64,000 nucleotides of DNA from the human T2T-CHM13v2.0 reference genome, Homo sapiens. Where the stretch lies: assembly GCF_009914755.1 (NCBI RefSeq), contig NC_060930.1; one strand, 5' to 3'. Positions 16,560 through 29,760 of the stretch are shown here, piece by piece. Positions within the stretch are counted from its first letter, which is position 1, and each line of letters starts with the position of its first letter. A model generated the notes under the pieces. That model was not told the origin of the DNA. It searched no databases and worked only from the letters and a program-made list of their open reading frames with translations. The translations under genes and the position numbers were made by a program.

Positions 16560-18047
16560 TTTCTCAACTCTGCTTTCCAGTTCCTCCTACTCGTGGGAAG
16601 ATAATGCCTAGGTACAGCAATCCCAATCCTTGCCTCTGCAGGCAACCTAACTGAGTGTTGGATATGTCACCTTTCCCCCTGCCGAAGTCATCGGAGGAAA
16701 CAGGAATCCTATAATCATCCCAGTGACCAGCTTCCCTAATGTGCTCAGTTGCTTGGTACTCCTGTTTGATCCACTTGCTGTTGCCTATTGGGTGCATATT
16801 CATGCTCCTGAGGTTCATCCTTGTTTTCTCCTCACTGGTATATCCCATAAATACCTTCCTATTACCCTACCTTGCATTTCCTCCCCTTCTTCTGAATACT
16901 CACCACCCCCCTCCTCTGTGTCTTGCCAAATCCCATAGAAACAGAACACTTAGTAACACTTCTCTCTGCAGAATATACCAAAGAAAGCTTAAGAGTCTCC
17001 TCTATGGCTCCCCAAATCTGCCGGTTGGATCACACCACTCTGTCATTACCTAAGACAGGTACTTGGTTTGACCACATACCCTCTCTTGCCTGTAAACAGC
17101 TCCTTGAATTTTCATAACCTCTCAGGATAATTACGTGCCCCTTCAGGCTGTGTTTTTGGCTGCAGCTACGTCAGCCAAAAAGAGTTTTTCTACCCCTGCC
17201 TCGGGTCCTGAGAAAACACAGGCATTTGCTTTCTGGGTCAAGCCATTGCTCCTGTCACTGTTATTAAGTCTCTAACTCAGGGAATGTAGAGTCTACATCC
17301 CAGGGCCAAAAGAGCTCTACCAATAATTGATGACTATGCTGGTGATAGCCCCTCAGATTATAAAGATGATAGCTGTGGATACTCCTAAGGATGTGATTTA
17401 CCTGGTAGGCTTAACTCTAGTGAAGGATCTAAATGGGAAGGGATTCTGGGGTCCTGGTTTGGGCTAGACCCTGCTTGGAATGAATATAGGATCAGAAACC
17501 TTTCCTGCATGGTTCGCAGAATTGCCCACTCCACTGCCTGTACCATCAGGGCACAACAGAGATTTCCAGATTCCCTTGCCCATGCGATCCTGCACAACCA
17601 CATTGCATTAGACGGTCTCCTCGTTGCATGTGGTGGTGTTTATGCTGTCACTAACACTTCCTGCTGCACCTGGGTAAATACTTCCATTCAGGTTGAATTA
17701 GAAGCATCTGAGATCCAAAGTTGGCCAAATCCTACAGCTGGCTGTCTGAAAAGGACACCTTCAGAAAGCCTCCTGGCTGGGCTTGCTGGATTAGAATTCC
17801 AATTTCCAGATATTTTCAGCCGGCTTCTTCTGGTATAGGATTCCTTCTGTGTTCTGCCCTACAAATTGTAATGAATCTCCTTGGGCTAAGCATTTGGCTC
17901 CTCTTTAAAATCATTGTAGCCTGCTTTAACAGATATCTGCATGAGACCCTCACCAGGATCGTGCTGACCCAAGACCTTGAGACTTTAGACTCATTCCAGC
18001 TGGAAACGGAAGCCAGCTTAAGCCAAGAGATGTTAATTCATATTTAA
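16560..18047 (+). pseudogene. Gamma-type ERV env pseudogene
   Basis: CWIC at 16656-16667; furin site RAKR at 17302-17313; ISD-like LHNHIALDGLLVACGGVYAVTNTSCC (CX6CC with first C changed to Y); hydrophobic TM in ORF 17721-18047; stops and frameshifts present. Confidence 0.85.
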
Positions 18048-19089
18048 CAGGTGCCTGAGTGCCTCTCATAAGTAAATGGCTCTAGTTGCTCAGTTGATCA
18101 CTGCCTTGTCAAAGGATCTCTGCACGGGACTAGAAGAATCTGGAACAGGTTGCCAGCCACTCTAGCACGATGATGGGATGCAACCAACCTAATCAATCAT
18201 CAGTGCTGTCTGCTGACAGGTTTTGATAAACGGGGGGCGTGGGGGGAATGTGAACCTTGAAAGAGCCAATCCCTCGGATGAATCCTGAGTGGCTAATAGC
18301 CTAATTTCAAAAGAGCCAAGTGGCCATTTGCTTACTAGAGGTCGCACACATACTTGGAGTTCCTGGAAAACCTGCATGTCTGCTTAGGGGCTTTCATAGC
18401 TGCCTGTTCATGTTTGTGCTGCCTGAGCCAACCAATAGACTGTGACCTATGTCAACCAATCAGAACTCAGCAAGTGTTGACCAATCAGAACTCACCAAAC
18501 ATCAACCGGTCAGAACTAAGCAAGTTTGAATCCTTTATTTGACTAAGTGGACCTGAGTGGAACCTGGATGGGATCTTTCACTATAAAAGAAAAACCTTCC
18601 CTTTGCTCTCTGGAACGTACCTTCATTTTACACTGAAGGCTGTGTCTCTTCGGTTTGCCAACTGTTACTGGAATAAAGTCTCTTTCCTCTAAATTCTCTT
18701 TCAGAGAATTTTGTTCACAGGATAAAAGTCATACCCATCCCACTGGTCCAAGTTGAGGATTAGCTGTGTCGAGTCATGTAAAATAGTTCATTTAGGTAGG
18801 TGCTGAGGACTTGTTGGCTGTGATTTTGATGATGATCTCAGCAGTGATGCTAATGACAACTCCTTTGTGTCATCCTACTGTACCATACTTCCATGTCACA
18901 CCTGAAGTCAAATGGGTAATACTATATACATTCATTCATTCTCATATATGCACCGAAGGGTGGTATATGGCTTTGCTCTTTTATTCTGCCGTGGTTTTCC
19001 TCAGCTCCTTGAAATTGGATCCACTGGTATGCCCCACCTTCTGTTTGAGGCTGAATCCAAACTCTAATACCTATATCACTCTGGGACTG

Positions 19090-19721
19090 TATTATGGGTT
19101 GCATTGTGTCCCACCTCCCCAAATTTATATATTGAAGACCTAACACCCATGACCTCAGAATGTGACCTTGTCTGAATATAGGGTTACTGTAAATATAGGG
19201 TTACTTCATTAATGTGATTAATAAAGTTAAAATAAGGTCATACTGAAATAGGGTGGGCCATTAATCCAAATATGACAGGTGTTCTTATGAGAAAGTGAAA
19301 TTTGGACTTGAAGACAGACAGACAGAAACACACACACACAGAGGGAGAAAGAGAGACAGAGAGGGAGAGAGACAGAGAAAGAGAGAGACGGAGAGAGAGA
19401 GAGACAGACATAAAGAAAGAAAGAGAGATAGAGACAGAGGGAGAGAGAGAGAAAGAGAGACAGAGAGACAGAGAGAGACAGAGAGAGAGAGAGAGTGAGC
19501 AATCGTGAAGATTGCAGTTATGCTGCCACAAGCCAAGGAACTACCAGAAGCTAGGAGAGGTGCCTGCAACAGATCCTTCTGTAGCACCTTCAGAGGGAGC
19601 ATGGCTCTTCTGACACCTTGATCTTGAACTTCTAGCCTCCAGAATGGTGAGACAATAAATTGCTGTTGTTTATATGCTCCGTTTATGCTACTTTGTTACA
19701 GCAGCTGTAGGAACTAACACA
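19090..19721 (+). mobile_element. MLT1 (B/C-like) solo LTR
   Basis: ATGGGTTGCATTGTGTCCC start; CAAGCCAAGGAACTACCAGAAGCTAGGAGAGG; GAACTAACACA end. Confidence 0.85.
19312..19496. repeat. (GA/GACA)n purine-rich microsatellite
   Basis: Direct reading; explains the spurious ER- and SL-rich ORFs. Confidence 0.95.
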
Positions 19722-19926
19722 GGGTATAATGAATTGACAACTCTGGGCATAGTTCCCAGGGGCTTGGTTGCAATGGCTGGGCTCCCTGAGTCACCCCGAA
19801 GTCTCTCACTGCCAGGAATCCCAGAGTTTGGACCTTAGAGAGATCCCCCAGTTTCCCATGTTGGCTTTTTCTGAATTCATTCAGGGCAGATGGGTTGCTT
19901 GCCTAACCATCTAGTTTCTCCTGGTA

Positions 19927-20180
19927 AGAGAGCAAAGGAAAGATTTTTCTTTTATAGTGAAAGATCCCATCCAGGTTCCACTCAGGTCCACTTAGTCAAA
20001 TAAAGGATTCAAACTTGCTTAGTTCTGACGGGTTCATGTTTGGTGAGTTCTGATTGGTCAATACTTGCTGAGTTCTGATTGATTGACATAGGTCACAGCC
20101 TATTGGTTGGCTCAGGCAGCACAAACATGAACAGGCAGCTATGGAAGCCCCTAAGTTAAGCAGACATGCAGGTTTTCCAG
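19927..20180 (-). repeat. Inverted copy of 18363-18611 (ERV 3' LTR interior)
   Basis: Reverse complement aligns with about 8 substitutions and one 5-bp indel over ~250 bp. Confidence 0.95.
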
Positions 20181-23047
20181 CTTAAGCGAAGCTCCCTGAA
20201 ACCAGATCCTGCTTGGGCGTCTACAGCCTGAAAGGCAGAGCCTCTTGTGTATGTGAAACGTGATTGTCTGCTGCTGGGCTTTTAGGTGCCCAGCCTCTGC
20301 CTGGCTTCCACATGTGCCCGCCCGCACTCTGTGCCCATGCCTCCCCATCAGACTTGTACACTGACCCCTTCGGAAATGAGCGCCTGGCCTGCCCTTATGG
20401 ACATTGCTTGGATCACTTGTTGCCCTGTTCTGGCCCAGCAGTGTCACTTCTGCCAGACCCCAACTTGGAGCTTCCTGAGCTCTGATTTCATTGCTGAGCA
20501 ACCTGTAACAGTTCCCTCGGGAGTTCACAGAAAACAATTATGACCTCACATAAATAAAATATTCTGCTTAATAATAAACTGGATCTTTTAATTGTTAAAA
20601 ATGTTCATTGTAGAAAAATCAGAGGAGAAAAAAGAAACAAAACTAATGACTTATAATCACATTACTTGGAGACACTGTTACTATTTTGGTTTATGTTCTT
20701 TTAGACTTTTTTCTCATTTCACTTATTGTTTACTTACTTGATTTTTATTTTATCAAAGTAATGTCAGCACAGAATTGTAAAAACTCAAATAGTTCTAACA
20801 GGCTTTTGTAAAATGCAGTGTTTCCATCTCTCCCTTCCCCACTCTCTCCACATTTCCACTCTAAGGACAAGCACTTTCAATTCTTTTATCTGTCTCTCTG
20901 GCCCTTACACATCTAATTATTTCCAAAATTTAGACATTATCTACTGACTTCCTATTGTAGCAAATGAAGATTTAGCTTTCTTACAATGTCCCCATCTCCG
21001 AATCCCTTTCTCTATCCTCCCAACATAGTCCTTCCAAATTGTTGGAGGCAATATTCAGAATATTAATATACATATACAAATAATCTTCACAGCTGAAGGT
21101 TGGAGTGTGACATTTCCTTCTTTTCATTTCTTTTCCTGAAAGTAACAATGGCCCATGTCTTTATTTAGTTAGTTTTGTTTGTGCTCATTGCTTGTTCTTT
21201 GCACACATCTCACAGCCCACGGTGTAAGTTTCCTCGAGCTGACTTGCATCAGGGAATCCATCAATCCCATTTTTCTTGCCTGAAGGCACTCCCTTGGAAG
21301 CTTCCATTCTCCTTCCTGTGCCGCTTGCTTCCTGGGATCCCTGGGCAGCTCTTATCCTGGGATTTCTGTTTGCTATAATTCTTGGAATTCCCCTTATCTT
21401 TGTCCTGTGCTGTATTTGTTTTTCTGGATCTCATGCCTTTCTTTCTTGTTGTACAGGTAATGTTGTCATGAACATTAATGTTTATGTCTTTTGGTGTACA
21501 TGTGTGTGCATTTCTCTTGGGTGGATATATAGAAAGGGGATTTCCGGGTCTTAGGGGATGGGTTTTTCCAGTTTTAGTTGATACTGCCAGTTTTCCAAAG
21601 TAACTGCACCAATTTATGCTCCTACTGGCAGTTTCATTGGCCCCCACATCCTCACCAGTAATTGATATTGTTGGTTTTAAAATATGAGCCATTCTAATTG
21701 GGTGCATACTGGTATTTCATTGTGATTTTAATTTGAACCTCTTGATGACTTACGATAATAAATGTTTCTAGTCATTTGTATATCTTATTCAAAAAGTGCC
21801 TATTTAAGTTTCTGTCCATTTTTCTATTGGCTTATCTGTCATTTTCTTACTAATAATTATTTTTTCTAGATAAAAATTTTTTAATCAGATACATCATTGT
21901 AAATATTTTTCTGCCTTTTGATGACATGCTTTTTCACAATGTACACAAATTCTTCACTTTTCCAATTCATTAATCTTTTCCTTTAGGGATGATTTTTAAA
22001 AATGTCTTATTTAATGTCTTTGTCTACTCAAGAGTCATGAAGATATCTCCTTATTTTATTTTTAAGAAGCTATATTTGTGTTACCTCTCAGATTTAGATT
22101 TACTCAGATTTTAAAAAATTCTCCCTGGGCCTGATTTTGTGTATGGTGTGAGGTAGTGGCCCAGGTTAATCTTTTTCCATAAATATATGCAATATTAAAG
22201 AGTTTGTATTTGATTGGCATTACTTCTTCCTAATTAGTCTGGAAGACTTCACTGATGAATTTTCTGGAGTTTTCATTTCATTGTATTCTGCCATTGCTGG
22301 ACATAGTATTCTGTATGTGCCCATCTGGTCATGTTAATTGTGTTGTTTAGAGCCTCTACATTTTTACTGATTTTATTTTTGTCTGCATGTTCTACTAGTT
22401 TCAGGGACTGTGTCAAAATATCCTACTTTTTTTGATTAGTTTTATTTATTTCATTTCTAGTTTCATCAATTTGCATTTGTGTATTTTTTTTTGGTTTCAC
22501 CAATTTCTTCTTTATATATTTTGAAGCTATGTTATTGGATGCATATGATTTAGAATTGGTAGACGTGATATCTTCATGGTGATCTGAGCACTTCATTATA
22601 TTATGATCCTCCTCATTTCTTGTGGTGTTTCTTGCTTTAAAGTTGACTTTGATTGTAACATAACTACAAGGCACTCTTCAAAACAGTATGTAGTTCTTTT
22701 AACTTTTAATCTAATCTGATTATTTTAATCTTTTAACTGAAATATTTAACCCAATACAGATATATTCAGATTTATATCTGCCATCTAATATTTCCTTTGT
22801 ATTTGACTCAGCTGTTCTGTTGTTTTCTTGCTTTCTTTTAAGTGAATTGATTTTTTAAATACTATTTTCTGTTATACATCTTCTTTTAGAAGTTATGCTA
22901 GAAGTTACAGTAAACATTCATGACTAACTACAGTTGAGTATATTTTCAACTTCCCTGATAATGCTGGAACTTTGGTATATTTTAACTCCACTTATTTTTT
23001 TCCTCTCCAGTAACTTTTCTTGCCTTGAATTTTTAATTCTAGATAAA

Positions 23048-23365
23048 TGTTATAGACTAAATTGCATCCCCTCAAAATTCATATTTGAAGCCCTGACCCA
23101 CAATGTGGCTGTATTTTGAGACAGGGCCTTTAAAAAGGTTATTAAGGTTAAGTAAGGTCATGATGGCGGAGCCCTAATCCAATATAATTGGTGTATAACC
23201 TTATAAGAAGAGCAAGAGGAACCAGGGATGTGCACATGCAGAGTAAAGAACATGTGAGAGCTCAATGAGAAGACAGTCCTCTGCAAGCCAGGTAGAGAGG
23301 GCTCAGAAGAAACCAACCCCACTGACCCCTTAATCTTGGACTTCTGCCTCCAGAACTGTGGGAAA
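23048..23365 (+). mobile_element. MLT1A/B-like LTR, 3'-truncated
   Basis: TGTTATAGACTAAATTG...CAAAATTCATATTTGAAGCCC...GCCTCCAGAACTGTG. Confidence 0.8.
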
Positions 23366-23369
23366 ATAG

Positions 23370-23481
23370 AAGATATCTCATTATGTATACGCGAATATTC
23401 CAAAATCCAAAAAAACAAATCCCAAATATGGACCCAAACACTTCTGATCCCAAGCATATTGAAAAAGAAATACTCAACCTG
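23370..23481 (-). mobile_element. Tigger4/MER46 terminal fragment
   Basis: Reverse complement of CAGGTTGAGTAT...ATGCTTGGGATCAGAAGTGTTT, followed by TA. Confidence 0.7.
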
Positions 23482-24655
23482 TATTTGAAACTTCAAAGAC
23501 ATAATTACTCTTGTTTTGTAGGGTCAATATTCATTTGTATTTTAAATACATATACACTATTCGGTGCTCCTCATTCCTACCTGCATTTTTTCATTTCTGT
23601 CTGATACCATTTTTCTGAAGAATTCCCTTCAGTGTTTTTTTCAGTACAGGCCAGCAGGTGATTGTTTATTTTGCTTTATTTTTAAAGGATATTTTTTGTT
23701 GAGTTTGGAATTGTAACTTGGCAAATATTGTCTTTTAAAATACTTTAAAGATATTCCTTTGGAATATTTTAGAGAAACTATTCCAAATATTTTGGAAAAA
23801 CTATTCCAAATATCTTTTCCTGCTTCCTGCATTTCTGTTGAGAAGTAAGCTTTTAGTCTTATTGTTGGGGGTTTGAAGGTAATGTGTTTCCCAGCACCCT
23901 CTACCCCCACCCTCAGCAGTTGTTAGGATTTTTCTCTTTATCTTTGGTTGTTAGCTCTTTTATCTTGATATATTTATATGCAATTTTCTTTGACTTTATT
24001 CTGCTTGGGGTTCCCGAACTTCTTAAATCTGAGTTTTGATTTTTTTTTTGTCAGTTTTGAAAATTTCTTTTCAAATCTTATTTCTGCTCATCCACTTTTT
24101 CCTCTTCTTTTGGAACTCCCTTTACACTAATTTTAGACTGTTTGTGTTTCACATATACTTTTACCTATATTTTTTTCTTTCTCTGCTTCGATTTGGATAT
24201 TTTCTATTAACCTATCTTCCAATTCAATAATCCTCTTCTCCGCTTTCAAAACCACCTATTACATTTTTAATTTTAGATGTTTTATGTCTCAGTTCTAGAA
24301 CTGGCATTAGTTTTGATATGTTATACTGTCAGAAATGAAAGTGGACATTACCATCTGCTTTTACATGTCCAAATTTTTTTTACTGTTGTTTCTTCTCTTG
24401 TATTAGTCACCTCTTTTCACAATGTTACTGAATAACAACTGAAAATATTGGTGGCTTAAGAAAACAATCATTTATTTTCTCTCAGATGTTTGCACATTAA
24501 CCTGGGGTCATTTAATCCATGTTGAGCTTAGCTGGGATATGTTCTAAGCAGCAGGTTGTCCAGATCTACTCAATGTCTTTCCCACTCCAATTGGACCAGA
24601 ATGCTAGCCAGTGCAGCTCTTCACATAGTGATGGTAGAAGCATAAAAGGCAAGAT

Positions 24656-25331
24656 TGTAACTGCACAGTGGGCTCACCTTGCCTGCTGCCTAGACTGAGA
24701 CAATTTATCAAGACAGGGGAATTGCAATAGAGAAAGAGTTATTCACACAGAGCCGGCTGTGTGGGAGAACAGAGTTTTATTATTACTCAAATCAGTCTCC
24801 CCGAGCATTCGGAGAGCAGAGTTTTTAAGAACAACTTGGTGGGTGTGTGGGAAGCCGGTGAGCCAGGAGTGCTGATTGGTCAAAGATGAAATCATAGGGA
24901 GTTGAAGCTGTCTTCTTGTGATGAGTCAGTTCCTGGGTAAGGGGCCACAAGATCAGATGAGCCAGTTTATTGATCTGAGTGGTGCCATCAAGTGCAGGGT
25001 CTGCAAAATATCTCAAGCATTGATCTTAGGAGCAATTTAGGGAGGGTCAGAATCTTGTAGCCTCCAGCTGCACGATTCCTAAATCATAATTTCTAATCTC
25101 GTGGCTACTGTCAGTCCTACAAAGGCAATCTAGTCCCCAGGCAAGAAGAAGGTCTGCTTTGGGAAAGGGCTGTTATCATCTTTGTTTTAAACTATAAACT
25201 AAGTTTCTCCCAAAGTTAGTTCAGCCTACACCCAGAATGAACAAGCACAGCCTGCAGGTTGGAAGAAGACGGAGTTGGCTAAGTTAGATCTGTTTCACTG
25301 TCTCAGTCATAATTTTGCAAAGGTGGTTTCA
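24656..25331 (-). mobile_element. LTR8 solo LTR inserted in an old MLT1 element
   Basis: TGTAAC...GGTTTCA termini; 4-bp TSD AGAT; ATCAAGACAGGGGAATTGCAATAGAGAAAGAG. Confidence 0.85.
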
Positions 25332-25699
25332 AGATCAGTGATGAGTTCTAAACCTCTGGTCACATCACGTCTACCTATAACTCATTGGCCAAAGCAAGCC
25401 ACATGGCTGAGTTGAAAGTCAAGGAGCAGGGAAATGTACTTCTCAAGTGTGAGGAAGTTCAGTTATATAACAAAGGGAGTGAAGAAGAACCAGCCCCTAT
25501 TTCAAGTATCTCTGCTTGTTGTTCTTATCTTGTAAAATTAAAAAAAAATTTTTTTAACTACTCATTTCCTGGGATTTTGGAGGGAGGAGGAATTATATGT
25601 CCAGTCTCTCATTTTAACTCAAAATTTTACTTGTTTCTAGAGAGATTCTCATCTACTAATTTCATTATGTGATGCACTTCAAATGTCAAGTTTTATCTC

Positions 25700-25930
25700 T
25701 ATTAGTTTTCTATTGCCATGTAACACATCACCACAAATTTAGCATCTTAAAACAATATACATTTATAAATTCACTATTTTCATGAGTCAGGAGTCTGAGC
25801 ACAGCTTCTCTGGATCTTTGCACAGGGTGTTGGCCAGTATGCATTCTCGTGTGGCGCATGGTGTTCTCTTCCAAGCTCACATGCTTGCTGGAAGAATTCA
25901 GTTCCGTCATATCTTAGGACAAGGCCCAGC
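25700..25930 (-). mobile_element. MLT1 LTR fragment
   Basis: TATTAGTTTTCTATTGCC...CACCACAAATTTAGC..TTAAAACAA...GGAAGAATTCAGTTCC. Confidence 0.65.
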
Positions 25931-26437
25931 CTGGATACCTCTCCACTTGCAGGGGGACAACAATGAAGAGAATCCAGAATCCAGTATTTGGCCCTGTCTT
26001 TGCCCTCTGGGATATTGCAGGTGCTGAGAGGACTTCAGCCGCTGCAGGTCCTGGGGAAAAAAAATCCAACTGTAGAAATAAAACAGCAATTGAAGAGCAT
26101 GGAGACAGAGAAGAGGTATCCTGGAGGTTCTCACCCAGTATGGTAAAGGGCCTTGCAGGGGGACAAACAGGACGATGGGAAACTCAGGAGAAGGTGATAT
26201 TCAGAAGCCCAGACAACACAGAGGGGAAGCCTGATATTCACAATAGCTACAGTCTAATAACAGCTAACACCTAATGAGTCCTTCAGTGACAGGCATTGTA
26301 TTGATATGCACTTTCCATCCCTATGTATTTACTCCTCACTATAAGCCTAGGAAGTAGCTAGCATTACAGTCTCCATTCCCAAATGAGGAAGCTGTGGTCC
26401 AGAGAAGTGAAGTAACTTGCTCAACATCACAGAGCTC

Positions 26438-26850
26438 CGTTAAATAAAGTTTATGGGAGGCCATTGTTTTGGACTGAATTCCTGCACTAGGTCCCAGCAG
26501 ACCTACCCAAAATAGAGTTACTCATACTACGATTCCACATCACCAAACCAAATGCTAAGCTGTTTACCTGTAAAGTCTGATCTTTTCAGAAATCAGGAGA
26601 GATATGATAGCCAAATCTCACTAAGCCAACAAGACTCTCTGTAAGGAAAGTAACTTTGAAATGGCAAGTCCACCTTATGTTCCTTGTTTCGGCTTTCTCC
26701 AGCCTTTTCTGCCTATGAAACCTGCCCTCTCTGCTCAGCTCAGTGGAGCTCCCTTCCATTTTGTGGGCTGAATGCTGCCTGGTTTGTGAATCACTAATAA
26801 TTGTCTGTTAGATCTTTTAATCTCAGTTTGTTGAAAGTTTGTTCTTTGAC
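26438..26850 (+). mobile_element. ERV1 solo LTR (MER34/MER39/MER93 group), next to a MIR fragment at ~26250-26435
   Basis: GTTAAATAAAGTTTATGGGAGGCCATTGTTTTGGACTGA..TCCTGCACTAGG start; TTCTTTGACA end. Confidence 0.7.
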
Positions 26851-27549
26851 ACCTTGTAAGTAGGAATAAAAACCCAGAATAAAACCTAAAATGTTCTTGT
26901 CCAAATCTGGCTCATGAGCAGCACCCAGTAGGACCTATGAGCAGATGAGGTACCCCAGATAAAAGCCGTCAGGCCCCAGGGTGCCTGGCAGGGTCTCAAT
27001 CACAAACAAGACAGCTTTCAGTCTTTGGGAACACGTGCTGGGCTGTGGTGGCAGCAAAGTGGGATTGTTGTTGAATAACATGGTGTTGGAAAAAAGCTTT
27101 CAAAATTCTGCTTGGGGTAGGAATTGCCTCAGAGTTTGGAAAAGCCCTGAGTTGTTAGGGGAACAAAAATGGTGTCATGAGGGAGAAGAAGGGATAAGAT
27201 TAAGGTAGGAACTGACGGTTTAAATGTTCCCTGTCGTCAGGTCCTAGGTTCTAAATCGGACTTTTCTTACCCTGAGGGCTTGGGTCACTCCAGCCCCTAA
27301 GCCTAGCGTGGAGTAGAGGTAGTCAGGAGCAGCACCGTTCCAATTCCGCCTTGTCGGCTGCTGCTAAGGACAACAATTGCCAATGCTACTCTTGTTTAAA
27401 TTGAGACACGCCCTCATGAGCTCTTCATCTCTTTAGCCAGACTCTGTTATTTTTTCTCCAATACACATTCCCTAAATAAAAAACATAAAGTGATAAAAAA
27501 TTGAGGTTGAAGGTTGGAACTGAGCTTCTCTGAGAATGCTCTTCCTACA

Positions 27550-27872
<323 letters not shown>

Positions 27873-29760
27873 TGAGAATGCTCTTTCTATAGAGTAGCTT
27901 GGTGTAAAGAAGAGGACTCTGGCTTCAGAAAAAAGGCAGACTGGTTTAGACCCCGGCTCTGCTCCCTGGTACTCACGAGAAACTTATGAAGCTTTGTAAC
28001 TCCCTGGTCATCATTTACCTCTCCGTGAAACAGAGATAAGGATAAACTACAATAATTATATATAATTCTATAGGCTTGTAAAACAAAAAATTATAAAGTT
28101 ATAAATAGAATTAAATCATAATATAATTTACAAACAAAATTATATAGTAAACGTGTACATTCAGTCAGCCGTCTATATCCACAGGCCCTCTGTATCCTGC
28201 ATCCGTTCATTTAACCAACGTGGCCCGCGAGGGGGCGCGAGTGGGTGCCAGGGCGCAGTGGGAAGGGGGCCGCGGAGCCCGCGAGGCACATGCGCAGTGC
28301 AGGACCCCGCCATTTTGTCTTCACCGCAGCCACGGCCGCAGGTCGCGAGTGCCTGCCAGCAAATGATTGAGGGAGTTGCTGAGCGTCGCCGTCGCTGCTG
28401 TGGGGAGAAAGTCGAGCAAAGCTAAGGAGAAGAAACAGAAGTGGTTGGAGGAGCCAGCAGCCATGGATGCTGTTTGTGCCAAAGGGGACGCCATCAGCAG
28501 GCCTGGAGACCCTCTGGAGGCTTTCCTGCTGTTCAGGAAATCTGATCAAAACCGGGTTGAATGTCTCTACTGAGTGTAGGCCAGGGTCTGGACTGGAGCC
28601 AGCCACCATGGATTGGGCCTTCGACCTGACCAAAACCGATAGGCAGACCACGTATGAGTAGAGGGAGTGGGGCTGGAAGGACAGAGAGAAACGGGAGAAA
28701 CGGTAGTCACCCAGCCTGGTGCCTCCTCGCTTGAGAATGCATTGCCCACCTGTTGCATTTTTTCACTTCCCGTTTGATGTGGAGTGCAGAGGATGAAGTC
28801 CTACGTGGGAAGCAAGGTGCGGTGGAAAGGCCTGGGGGAATTTCCTCCTACAGAGACTGCAGCTCATGGCCAACAGGACACAGATGATGGAGGTTATGTT
28901 AATGGTGTTCAGGCACAATCATAGCGCCTACCAATTCTTCAGAGAAGCCTGCAGTTTGAAATTGATGACTCTTCCCCCAGCATGTCTGGTTGCTGTGGGG
29001 AGGACTGCTCCTATAAGATCCTGAGCTGGAGGACCAAGTTTGGGGACAGCCAGCATGCCCATGCAGGTGGGCACTGTGGTGGCTGCTGCCACTGACCTCC
29101 TAGAGCCACTTGCAAATCAGTGTGCTCTCTTCTAAGGCCTGTCGTCTCCCTTGGTCTCACCATTTGCCAGGTGCCCTCAGAGCTGTGGCCTCCTCAGCCC
29201 TGCACCTGTCGGGCTGCACCCCGAGAACACGGAACACTGCCTCCCCTCTTCTGGAAGACCAGCGTGCCAGGAGAGAATGAAGAGGAGAGGGAAAAGTGAG
29301 TGGAGGACTGACTGTGAAGCTCATCCTCACAGTGAGGCTCCTGGGCCATGGGGTGGAGGTTCTGAAACCACTTCGCTGCAGCTCCTAGATACTCCCCTCC
29401 CCCACACATACACACTTGGGAAAATGGAATGTTTATTTTCACCTTTGTGAAAATCTTGGAGTTCTGGGTCTGTGGTTTGGAACCCCAAAGAGGAACGCAT
29501 TGGGTGTAAGATCTGGGCGTAGAGAGAGGCTTCAGAGAGACTAAGGCTTTCGCAGGTGGAATGCTCTGACGGAGACTGTGGGAAGATATTTTGTGCCAAG
29601 ATGCAGGGAAGTGAGGAAAGCTCTTTCCTGCTGTTTTTAATGAATCCATGGAGTGGACTCAGCTTGGGACCAGTAGCCGCTGGGAGGAAGGCTGGCTGTC
29701 TTCATCGCCACTCGTCATTGCCATCGCCACCGCCACTGACCATACGAGAGAGGCTGAAAG

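Larger units (their letters stand above)
20560..24420 (-). mobile_element. Fragmented ancient L1M, interrupted by MLT1 and MER46 pieces
   Basis: T-rich L1M 3' UTR motifs; degenerate endonuclease-like translation in ORF 22423-22674 (KVNFKA..YASNNIASKYIKKKL). Confidence 0.65.

Noticed and set aside
17356-17370. DYKDD (FLAG-like) in the env frame
   Set aside because: Only five residues, embedded in natural ERV sequence; coincidence, with no sign of engineering
19227-19602. ER-rich and SL-rich ORFs
   Set aside because: Translations of the (GA)n microsatellite
28400-29095. NAA40 copy as a functional retrogene
   Set aside because: Start codon lost; frameshifts, an in-frame stop and deletions in the catalytic domain
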